64,000 bases of DNA from Phoronis australis. Its lineage: Eukaryota > Animalia > Phoronida. The position numbers and the translations under genes were made by a program. The stretch covers positions 335,022 through 399,021 of the forward strand of contig NMRA01000062.1 in assembly GCA_002633005.1 (NCBI GenBank), in the 5' to 3' direction. Below, piece after piece: positions 1 through 12,500 of the stretch; within the stretch, counting starts at the first letter, position 1; every line of letters starts with the position of its first letter. The notes below the pieces were generated by a model. That model searched no databases, was not told the DNA's origin, and was given only the letters and a program-made list of their open reading frames with translations.

Positions 1-325
1 AGTCCAAAATGAACTATTTGCTTAAGAATTGACTAACCTCCCAATATTTGAATCTCGTTGCATTCCTTTTTCAAACCCAACGCAAGCAAACGAAACTCGT
101 CACGACAAAATTCAAATTCGAACAAGCGACGAGTCAAAAAAGGTTGAGAACATTTGAAGATGAAGTGATACACAGTTTGAAGTCAGAAACTATGCAGTGG
201 TAACAACTACAGTGCAGTAACATCCGGAAGACCTCTAAAAAGTTTTGCGTACTGTAAAGTGAAAAAAGAGTTCAAGATAACCACGCAACTCTAACCCACT
301 TGCATCACAATGTGACAGAACTCAC

Positions 326-525
326 TCATGTATATCAGCTATGGCGTTGATAATATCTCTGTGCTCCACGTATCCCGTCGAGGGGTCCTTCTTGGCAGCC
401 TCGTCCAGCAGTTCCATCATACGCCTAACTATGTCCCCTCGCTTCATACCCTCCAAGGCTTCCAGGTTCCGCAACTCCTCGGGCCACCAGGCCTTGTTCA
501 TTAACTTCCCTATGGCACCCAGGGC
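326..525 (-). CDS. WDR87-like exon 35 (ALGAIGKLMNKAWWPEEL...ADIH)
   Basis: TCTAG| and |GTGAG; gene continues left of the window. Confidence 0.82.
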
Positions 526-3500
526 CTAGAGAAAGAGCTTTAAATTTATTTTATTTAAATCATAACTTCCCTACGGCACCCAGGGCCTAGAGAGAGAAAG
601 AGAAGCGTTTATTCTTTTAAATCATAACTTCCCTCTGGCACCCAGGGTCTAGAGATTGAAAGACAAGCTTTTAATATGTTTTTAAATCATACAAAAATAT
701 ACACTGTTATATGACTGGGTGGCCAGCAAAGGCATGGGCCGTTAGTAACTGGTAGCTGACCACTGAGTAACAATAAATAGTAACAAGTAAGGTAACAAAC
801 TGCACCAAAGATTTAATGCTACATGTGGAAGAAGTAAATGATTATTAATTAAGGATATTTTAGCTGGACGTATCTAGTAAAAACTTTAAGTTGCAGGGAT
901 CACAGCTGTCCCCTGCTACAGAAGATGGTTGACTGCGGTCTCGGAACTTCCCCCCTTTCCTGTGAAACTGTACTGGAGTGACCTCTATTGGATAGGACCG
1001 TGTCGCCAGTACAGCTTCAGAGGAAAGGCAGGAAGATCCGATCTAGCGCAGGTTTTTAGAAAGTGGAGTATAAAAATGTATCTTGCCTTCAATCTCCGTC
1101 GTCTTTCAGCTTCTTCCTGTTGCTAAAAGTACACAAAGACATCTGTGTCTATTTCTTGCTAATCTACAAGCTCTACAAAAACCTACATTCCGATTAAGTT
1201 ACTAACATTACGTAATAATTAACACCAAGGGCAACAAAACACCAGGGATTCGTTTCCGATGAAAAATGACTTAAGACGTAAGACAAAAATTTGGTCTTAC
1301 GCTCCACACCTCTAAATAATATTTAAATTTCACTTGAGCAAAAATGAGAATATACACATCAATGCCAAATGCTGAGATAAATTCCTTAAATTATTTCTCA
1401 TAATTGCTCGATTAAACCTCTGTTCACCAACTGTGAAGAGGGAGCAGAAGACCAAATTTCTATCTTAAGTCTAAAATCATTTTTCACAAAACACACCTCA
1501 AGATAGGTCTGAGTACGATTATGAAAACATCTAGGAATAATAAGTGGGAACTGACCACAGGATGTAACATTTGAGGCATGTTTTAGGTCAAATTTACTCA
1601 GTCCACCAGTTGCCAACATGTTTCAATCATCAGATAGTTAAGACTACATCAAGAAGTTCAGAAAATAAAGTTGTGGCAGGGACAGTGCCACTGAAATAGG
1701 TCAAGCTCATGTGACATTCCTTTAACTAAAAAAAATGACTTTTGTGGCGGTTAAATCTTCCCATTGTATCCAGGGCTTGGAATGATCAATGAAAAAAGAG
1801 GAATTTTTATAACTTCCAGGTAATATATGGTTCCACAAATAAATAGGCTTCTGTCATAGAGAAAGTTTTTGTGTTGTAAAATTTAACTACCATAAACGTT
1901 TCAGCATGAATAAAGACAAAATAATGATAAAAAAGATGAAAAAAGAGGAAACTGGAAATCAAAGAAGAGGAAATCGAAACCAAAAAGAGGATCTTTATTC
2001 TTAAAAGAGGAAAATTCCAAGCCTTGTGTACCAAATCAAAGAATCTGTAGTTTCACTATGTGTAATAACAGAAATAAGCATTTGATACATTAAAGAACCA
2101 AAATAACGGGTTTAACCTTCATGAACCAACACAGTGGTTTTCACAGCTGACACTCCCAGTACACCACACAGCTGACACAGTACACCACTCAGACAGCATG
2201 TATACAACACTAAGCTGTGTTTCTTTTTTACAAAAAGTAGAAATAATTTAAAGTTTAACGCAATGGCCAGACCAAACAAACACTTTTGGTGGAAAGATGT
2301 CCCTAACTTAATTTCGTCAGTATTAAAAAGCCCTCGTTGAACCAAGAGCTTCGTCATTAACATTAAAAACCATGAGGAGTATTCTATACGGGTCGGGAGT
2401 TTCACACCAGGCAAAGGTCTTGCAACCTTACTCGAATATTTTAAATTTCTAGCAAAATGGCCACCACTAAAATGCCAGAATGCTTAATTTTGAAAGAAAG
2501 CTATGCTACGATAATTATTTCTGTTCTATAAGCCAATTTTTGTAGCTTTCCACGCGTCTTGCTCTTGAAGAGAGGGAATGCACTCCAAATAGTCTACATT
2601 TAAGACTGACAACTGATTCAACCTAAGCTTGAGATTGGAACCAAATTTCAAGCAGAGGCGACACCACCAGCAATTGTGAAACCACCTATGCCACGCCCTC
2701 ACCAGTGCTTTCAGTCGATCTTCCCTCTCACGTCTCAACCTGTCCTTCTCTTCCTGCGCTCGTTTCAACGCCTCCATGCGTTTACGCTCCTCATCAGACA
2801 CGCCCTTTATCGACTTTCGCTTCTTCTTCAACTTGTCCGTTTCTAGTAAACATAAAGTCAGTAGACCACAATTTACAGAGGATGCGAAGTTTCGACTCCC
2901 TCAATAGATGGCACTTTTTACCATGATTACAGCATTGTCACAAGGCTGAATGAAACTCAAAGCGCAATTGTCCAAAAATTTCTTTCGCACAAACTTTTAG
3001 CAGATTTTGATTCCGCCAGACAATTCATGCAAACATCTAAAGCAGCTACAATTAACCAGCGTACTGTCAAGCTAACTAACCTACTACTGAGAATAGCTTA
3101 GTGCCATGACACCAATGACGATGTTGGTTTTGGGCCAAATAAACAGTAGAAATACCAACACAGTGATGTGAATAGATTCATATTGGCCATTAAGGAGAGT
3201 CTTTGCCATTGCTGATCTAAATGCTAAGGGCTTGGCTGAACGGCAACCTGGGGTCAGCTGAGCTCACTCTTTGGGGATAGCTTTGACCTCTGTAGGTGAC
3301 TGCTTTAGGAGTGAGTTTTGCATGTAGTTCAGTTGATTTTGTTAAGGGTGACCCTGTTGGATTTTGGTGAACTCCTTGAGCATGATGAATTAAACTTTGA
3401 GGAAATGAAACGAACGTTGGACTTGTGTATATTATGTAAATACAGACCATAAACATCAACTGTGCTTGGGTTTCTACGGCCAATCTCAAGTGGTTTTTTG

Positions 3501-6500
3501 GGCTTAGAGGAAGCTGCACAGAAAAACACCACATGACAAGAGACAACTTGAGGAGTACGTGGCTTTGAGTAATAACAAACTGAGAGTTCCTTTCAAGTCC
3601 AGGAATCACAAAACTAATTTGACTTGTGAAAACTTTAAGACCAATTTTGTAAATGGTAAGTAAACTAAACCGAGTTTGAGGTTTTGTGATGTAAGCCAGG
3701 CTTAACAGGGATAGCTAGAGCAGCAATAAAATTAATTTACAGTTTGCGTTTCTTCTAAGAACTTCAGCAGTTAAATTCTGAATTCCCTACAGAAAGTTAG
3801 GACTAAGGAATTCATTATGGATATCACAACAAAGCCAGAAAATATCTTCAGTTAATACTACGTTATTAGTTTTATCTCCATTTAAAAACATTTCTACTAA
3901 AACAGTTAAACGCGAAATCCCTACTTTCCGAGACAGTTCGTGGCTTTGGACTTTTTGTCTTGTGTGTCTTCTCAGGTGGTGACTCGATTCGGCGGTGTTC
4001 GGGAACAATCTCCAAGTCGCTCACCCCGCGTTTGTCAATTTCAAACATTAATGGTGACACAGATTCCTGCAGAGAGCAACAGAAAAAGAATAAAAGAAAT
4101 CAATATACCCTTGAAAATTGAATTGCAAGAATCTTGAATCAAAAAGAAGTTGCATGCTTAGTTTTGATCGCCAATGAACACATAAGAATACACCGTCTAC
4201 GATGTTGAAAATGGTTCTCTATAAAAATAAATTTGATTCACATTAAATTGTAAAACTTTCCTTGAATACAGTGTAAGCACATTTTCACCAACCTCTATCA
4301 TATCTCGTTAACGCTATTTCATCGATCATATCCGGTGTCTGCACGTTCCTTAACCCTTGATCCCACTTCCACATTCTTGACCCACAAAAGTATTACTGTA
4401 AAATCTCACCAATTTTGAACAAAAATGTGTTCATTTCAAGGGCTTCTGACATCGGTGTGAATACCCACAATTAAACCATTGTCCAATGGTAGCCACGTTT
4501 CAGAACTTAGCATAAAACGTTGCCTTAGGGTAGTTTAATGTTTTGTAAAAATGAGAAAGAACTGCACGTGCACTACCTCCACAAATCGGCCATAATGTGT
4601 CTTACATTGGCGAGCTTCTATCGTATGATATTCAAAATTTATGAAAGTGTTGATTAAATATTTTGACAAAAGACACAGACACGTCAGCTGCTATAAACAC
4701 CTGTTCTGGCAAAGCAACAAAAATATACCAGATTTAAAGCACGCCACTATGAAATGGGTCTCGGCATGTTCCCTACTCTAACAAAAGTGCTTTCTCAACT
4801 TTCGAATTACAGAGTATTGTTGCTTGACACCACACGGTGGCAAAAAAGGGCAACAGTCAGCTATGACGTGCCCACAATTTGAAAACCAGTTTGATGCCCA
4901 TTACTGATTGGAGAAAACTGGTTCTCAAAATGCGGGGACTGTTATATCCAACTATTACCCAAAAAGACCTGTCATGGTAACACAAACTTAGTTCCAAGTT
5001 TAGTAATCGTTTTAAATTTACTAGTAAAATTCAAATTGAGACCACTTCTTACTGTAACTGGTCAAAAGTGTACATTTGTTTGAAGGTAAGATTTGTCAAC
5101 AAGAACTCAAGAAGCCGATGACCTGCAGTTCAACTCACACAACTGAAAACCTGTCATAGCCGTTAAGCTTACTGCAGAGCCGATTGTGGTTATTCTATGA
5201 AAGACATGATGGCGTAACGTTGTCTGCATGAGATGTGAGAGACAGGTGTAAATGTGCTAAAAACGTTTAGGAACGGTCTCACTCTGAGCTTACCACATTT
5301 AAGGACATTCAGAAAATATCAACTAATGATTCATTAGTCAACACTAAATGGACATCTAATGAAATTGACCGATCAAATATCTGCTCAGAATCCTTTTGCT
5401 CCTTCAAGGGAGATTATCGGCCACATGTCGTTTTCTGAGATCAGCCTCAATGTGGGGTCGAACCAGCAACTCCAGCGGTGGTACTCTAATGCAAAACTGG
5501 CGGGGCTAAACCCCGCTTGATAAATGGCAGACTATTTTAAAGGTATAAACTGGGAAATTCATTGGGCTTAATTTCAGCAAATGTCTGCCAACAATACTAG
5601 AAATAAAACCAGTAAAGTGCAATTATGAATTTTGTTACTTCAAGAAGTCTATACTATCCAATAATAATCTTGAAAATAAATTGTTCTTCGGCCGGTAAAC
5701 CAATAATGTCCCTTTGAGCAGTCTATGGTAACACTGAAAAACAATTAGTAATTCAAAACCATGCCAAAAACAAAAAACAAGAAAATAAGAAATTATGCAG
5801 CAGCACAAAAGAGGTACGACGTCATACGAACATGAAGATGTGTCTTGACAAGACCTACAAATGACAATGAGTGATGTTCACTGGAAGAGTCTCGATGTCT
5901 ACAAGGAAATCTGAAAATCATTCAGGGTTGATGAACGAATGACAATACACAAGGAACAACTGAGAGAGCGCAGACCTTCACCGGTTCACCTTCTTGTGTG
6001 ATTAAAGAAGAATGATGGTATAACCCATGCCAAATGTCATATGGATTTCGCAAGCTATTGTGATGGACATACTTCAGCATTTTATTTTCAGATGATGTAA
6101 ATCTAGGTATCAGTTAAAATTGTATATAAAACCTGTCGATTCATCCCATTCCCATTAATTCCCAGCCACTTCTATAAGTTTAAAAAAGTTTTCATCATAA
6201 ACTTTTTGGTTAAGTGTGCAATGACCTTCCAAGTCATCTTGAAGTTGGTAGATGTAATTGCCTTTGAAAATGAACATGGAGATGGCCCGAAAAAATGAGA
6301 AACGTGGCCCAAAAAATCCCTATGAACGAACATGGAAGATGGCACAAAAATGCAGGAATGAACACAACTAGCCCAAAAAACAGGGAATGAACATGGAAGG
6401 TGACCCAAAAACTAGGAATGAACTAGGAGATGACCCAAAATACCTGGAAAAATGAACGTGGAAGATGATCCAAAACACTTTATGAATGAGAAGATAACCA

Positions 6501-9500
6501 TGAGCATGAACACAAAATGAACAAACACACACACCAGTTGACGACTGCAAACAACAAGAGAAAACAAAATGAAAAAGACATAGCGGTCGCTAGCAGAAGC
6601 ATCAAATATGCTCCCTAGAAATGTAAAATAGAGAACTAAAATCAAAGCCACTACGACTACCAGGTGTCACACGTGGCTACCTCTAGGGGGAGATAATCGG
6701 GCAAGAGCGAATATCGTCTTGCCTGTGCCAGCCTTGCTTCAGGGCTGTCTTCTGGGATGAGACGGCGGGATGGTTTGACACCCAGCTTCTTGTAGGGGTC
6801 TATAAACTCATCGTCTTCATCACACTGTGGAGCAGGAATAAAATGGGATCAAGAGGGGGACACAAATACAGGTAGTGGGTGCAGTGAACATGACACCACA
6901 TAGAGTAAATGGTGTATGACTTTAAGGACTCAAAACACTTCATTTTCCTAAAGGCAAACATTTGGTCATAATTGTACAATAACCAGCCCACAGCGCTATG
7001 GAAATGTTTATAGGTACAAAAATATGCCAAAATTATTTCCACTGAAAAACGGTTCTAAATATCAGTATTTTTTCTCAAATATTCTCGCTACATCAATCCT
7101 TCATTTTGATAGAGCACAATTCAGCGACAGTGGAATGACTGAAGCACAACTGACTCTAGTTACTGATAGCATATGTTGCATTTCAATACAAGAACGACAA
7201 AAGGGCCACTTTGAGGCCTTACCAACCCCAATAATAGCAACTGATTTATCGCCAGCAAGCCATTCTTCACATTTTGTGGCATGTAAAGCTGCTTTACCAA
7301 TAAAATAGCTCTGAAATAAAGATTTGTTACCATCGGAAGCCTGCATGGTTATATTTGAGAAACTAGCTATCGGTACCCATCTTGGGCTCTTCGTTGGGGC
7401 ACTGGCAAAGAGCCCAAGATGAGCCCAAAGGCTAGGTTCTCAAATATAACCAGGCCGCCGATAGGTGACGATCTTAATTTCAATACTCTATAACAATGCC
7501 AGCTATGAACATTCTTTCCACCAATAAAAATAGTGTTGAGATACATTGCATACATAGCTATGTGTTTTCGATGAAGCTACAAAGCTTAATATATAGCTAC
7601 CGATACTGTGCAACAATGCGTAATGGCATCTGGAAGTGAGAGCCTTGGACCTCGTCTTAGTCACGCTTTGGTGAGCAAATAAAACAGTCCACTGATCTCG
7701 TGTACTGAAACAGTACAAGCCAAGCAAAGCAACACTCACTTCAGACAAGACGAATGATCTGTCAGACAATGACGACGAGGGTAGCTTTCCATCCGGATGG
7801 GTCTCCAACTAATAGAAAACACAGCAACAACCAATAAGACACAGCACACCATGCACACGGCAGTCATGTGACACCAACTATAAGCATAAAGTATATATAC
7901 ATTAAGTACTGCTCTTTTAAAATTTTTGGTCAATCAATTTCATTTTAAAGCAATATCAGTCACCTTATAAAAACAGTTACAACACAAAGAGCTGTTATGC
8001 ACCCATTGTGTGCATTGCATGCACCAAGGAATGGTCATAATTTCAAATGGCCACAAGAGGGCACAGTGGCATTTGAGTATGTCCAAAACATAAAATTGGA
8101 CACACATTGTAATTAAAATGAAAACTTTCACCAAATTTTCCAACAATCATTCGGTAAGCGGTTTGGCAAACACAACTACTGTTCATGACAAAGCTAATCA
8201 GAAAAATTTCCATTAAACAATTATGACAACTAAGTCTGCTAACAGCAAAAACGACCAGTGAACGATTATTATGGAGGATTTAAGCCACATGCTAATTCCT
8301 CCTCATTCTGGTGGTCACGAGGGAGGCTACACTGAACATATATTAATTTTCCGGTTCATTTAATTGTCTGAGTGCAAGTGATGTGTACAGTAGAGAGGCT
8401 GAAGTTGAAAAGCAGATATTACGTTTACTAAGACTGTCACTAGGGGGCACAGCACACGTCAGATTCATTTGAAGTTGACATCGTCAAATTTCATGAAAAT
8501 CTATCCAGGCACAGGTAGATACAACGGACGCGTTAAGCAGTCAAAGAGCACAAAAACTGGCACGTTCCATGCTCTCCCTTATGCAAGCTGGGTTTGGCTA
8601 TCCAAAACCCATAGTGGGTAAAAAATAATCCATATCTCCTCAGCCAAGACAGTAAACCCTTTGTTAAACTGTGTTTACTTTTTTAGGCCAACTGGGACAG
8701 TAGAATGACTAAGAGCAAGGTATTTCACAAAGAACTACTTTCACTGACCTTGCGTATCAATTTCAAAACGCATATATATGTATGTGAAGAACACCCTGAT
8801 TTACAAGGTGTGCAAAATTCTAAGCCACTACGCCGTCTAGTTACCCCCCCAAGCCCAAAATGAGCACGGATGAAACGTGACAGCAAAATTCGATTAGAAT
8901 CCCCCAAGGGATTGGAGAGTTTAAGTACTTGGGCCTTATTTTAGATCCCAATCTTAAATTTAATATGCACATAGATCATATCACAAAGAAATTATCAAAG
9001 AAAATCGGTGTACTTAAACGTCTAGGCAAATTTCTTAATGTCCGTACCCTTAAGACCCTTTACTATTGTATTATTCAGCCTCATATTGATTATTGTTTAC
9101 CGGTTTGGGGGCACACTAGTGACACACTTGTAAACAAAGTCCAAGTAATCCAAAATAGAGCCGCCAGAGCTATCCTGGGTACTAAAATTAGGGACACTAG
9201 GGTTGACGACTTGTACTCCAAGCTGGGATTTATGAAAGTAAGACAAAGAAATAAATATCTCTCTGCCTGTTGTATATACAGATGTATCAATGGCTAGGCT
9301 CCAGCATATCTCAGCAGTAAATTCAATAGCAGTCAGGCTGTTTATTCTACACGTTCTTCTGTTGCTGGCAATGTTTCTTCTAAAAAAATTAAAACCGAGA
9401 CTGGCAAGAGATCTTTTATCTATGCAGCTGCTATAATATGGAATTCTTTTAGCCCAGAAATTAAACGGTCCAACTCAATTACTACCTTTAAAGTAAATGT

Positions 9501-12500
9501 TAAAAAGTGGCTGTAATTTACTTAACCTTTTATACCCTGCCTATCTTAATCATGTCATTTTTTCATTGTCGTAAATACTCTCATTGTCTAGAGTCATCTC
9601 TTAATTTATTTCATCTGCCTTAGTTAATTTTTTACCATTATTTGTCATTTAGTTATTGTCTTAATTCTCAACCTTAACTGTTTTAATTGTATCTTTGTTA
9701 CGTATATTTCATTGTTTTATTACTTCATTGTATTATATTACTGTTTTTCTTGTTGAGGGCCCTCTTGGAAAGCAGTGCTATCACTGAAGAGGCCACCCTC
9801 ATTTTAAATATCACAATAATAAAATAATAAAATAAAAGGGGAAAGGAGACTATAGACGTCAGGATAGTGGTGACAGCACGATGCACAAACATGGGTGCAT
9901 AAACACTGATTTCAAGAGACACTTTTTTATTGAAGTAAAGACACATGCTGTGTGGTATACAACACATCTGACAGTAGTTTGAACACTGTGTTAGCGTTAT
10001 ATCATACATCCACTCAATACTTGAACAAAGTTCTCAGTAAATGAGACTGTTCACTTCATGTGCATCAATTGACAATCAAACTTAAAGTTTCACCCCTGCA
10101 AACAGCAGACAATTTTACACCTATACGCACCCTATTCACTAGCTGGTCAACAGTTACATCAGGAATCATGGAAAACTAGCAGGAAATTAAAATCAGCTTA
10201 TAATACAGTCATAACAAAAATTTATCGAGTTCCCAAAAGTTTACACTGTTCATCGACGTCACAGATTTTAGTTTAAGTAACATAACATGCTATAATGATC
10301 GAAGACCACATCTCACATTTTACAAGATGCAAAATGAAGGGAAAATACTTTGAAAAAATCTTCTAATAGATCTAAAATACTTAAAGAGATGGAAGAATAT
10401 CTTATTTCTAATAGAATGACCTTAAGCACTATTCCAACAGGGGTCACCACAGTTACCCAGCAGTCCTCTGCCACCATGACTTACCAGCAACTGCGAGGAC
10501 ACCTTGTGTTCCAATACAGGATCAGGAATACTCAAATTCATCAGGTCACGGATGACAGAGTTGGGTACCCAACCTGAACAGATAGACATTCAATGTGAGC
10601 TAGTAAGTCCTGGAAAACAGTCTTTAATAAAATGATGTTAAGAATTAATAATGAGTACACTTCAGTATTCACTGTATTTATTAGAAAAATCACGTGACAA
10701 TTAGTAAACATAAACATGCTGTAAAGATCCCCATGAAACAGGATAAGGATCGATTTCGAGAAATCTTTCGAATTCCTCCAATGTTGCGTGGTCGGCCCGG
10801 TAGTCATCAATAGAGAGACTCCATTCAGGGTAATTAGGCTACTATTAGATGGTATCTATTAGAAAGCTCAAAAATATCCTGACTGTTATTTTCCATTTTC
10901 TTTCTGGGACATAAAAACCCGATGGAGTGAAATAGACTGTGGGTTCTTAAATTTTCAAAACTGACCAAGTAATAGCAATTTGTCAACAAAACCAAGTCTT
11001 GAGCTTTTCAATGGAAAGTAAAATTGCAGAATGGCTCATCATCTTATAAGCATCACTAACTCACAACAGAAGCTTTGCCTGAAAGAGTGTGGATAAAACC
11101 AGTTGTGCTGAAGGAATCTTGTTCAAAGGGTATGTTCAGAACATGCGTCAAGACAGAGCAAACTTTGCTAATGAGACGTCGAAAGACCAAAGTTTTTCTC
11201 ACTATGGTTGGGAACGATCAGCTGCATGGCTGGCGTCAGCACTTCAGATTTCAAGCCCGATCCCTCATCGGGAGACAGTTAATTTGAGCCTCAGATATCC
11301 AATTTGGTTGTGGTTGTCCACTATTAAATTTTAAATTTGCGCTTTAACAGTAATTTTTTTGCATTCATCTCAAAGAAACACGTTCCAGCAACTTCAAATG
11401 AAAAACTGTCCAACTATGAGAGGAGTTACTTTAATTTGAAGAGTGAAAGTTATAGAATTAGCACAATGCGTTCTGCTAATAGAAAACTGCTTTGTGGAGG
11501 AATTTGACATCCCGGATGTTTAATTCGAATTAGGTACAACATCATGATCCAGACAGAAATTGTGCAATTCAAAGCAGCTCTTTTGGCCTCGGGAGAAAAC
11601 TTAGCTACGCTAATAAGTGAAGTTCAGCATACATATTCATTACACAAACCACTTGATAATTAGTAAACATGAAGTCATGCCTGCTAGTAAAGGTACATGC
11701 ATTACCAATTCCAGTTGCATTGAAAAGCTTCAGTATGCTAAACAGTAAGTCACAAATTAACGTTGAGATTTGACTTACCATAAGGGGTAATACGGTATTT
11801 AGGACTCATTTGACTTAATTCAATTTACCTTCATTGCCAATAGGGTTTTATGGGTTATTGGCCTTGGTTGCATTCAGTGCCATATTAAGGGTTCACATGA
11901 CTCTACCTCCAGGGGCAATATGGTATTAGGGTTGATTTCATTGGACTTACCTTTGGAAGTAAGTGTATTTAGGGCTCATTTGACTTGACTTATTTTCTAA
12001 CACAATATATTAGGGTTCATTTGACATGACTTACCATCAGGGGCAATGGGGTACTTGGGGTTCTTGGCTTTGGCAGCGTCCAGCTCCTGCTGAGAGACAG
12101 GCAGAGGGTCCAGCTCATAGGGGCGCATTTTGGCAGGGTCCACAGGAGAGAAGACAAGAGGAGTACCCAGCTCCTTCTTCACCTGCCGTGATGCTGATAC
12201 CACCACATCAGCCATTTGTTGTGAACTACGTCAACAGTAAAAAAGACAACTTAGTAGCAGTCACAACTTTACAAACATTCTTGCAGACAACACCTAATTA
12301 TCACTCTATACACAAACTTATACTCACGTGCCTGCGTATAAAAACATATTTTTTCAAAGAACATATTGTTTCAATTACACTCACACTTGCGGGCAACTAT
12401 CCCTTGTATATATGCATGTCTCAAACTGTGCGTCCATTCTTAATATCAGTTAAATAATATATGTTTAGTTGAGCACATTTCAATGTTTTTACATTCCACA

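Noticed and set aside
3217-3400. Tail of the 130-aa ORF as an extra exon
   Set aside because: Phase-incompatible with exon 32 (immediate TAA); exon 32 joins exon 33 directly
7223-7310. Candidate 88-nt exon (SYFIGKAALH...)
   Set aside because: Not needed once exon 30 starts at the stronger 6824 acceptor, and it would shift phase with that acceptor
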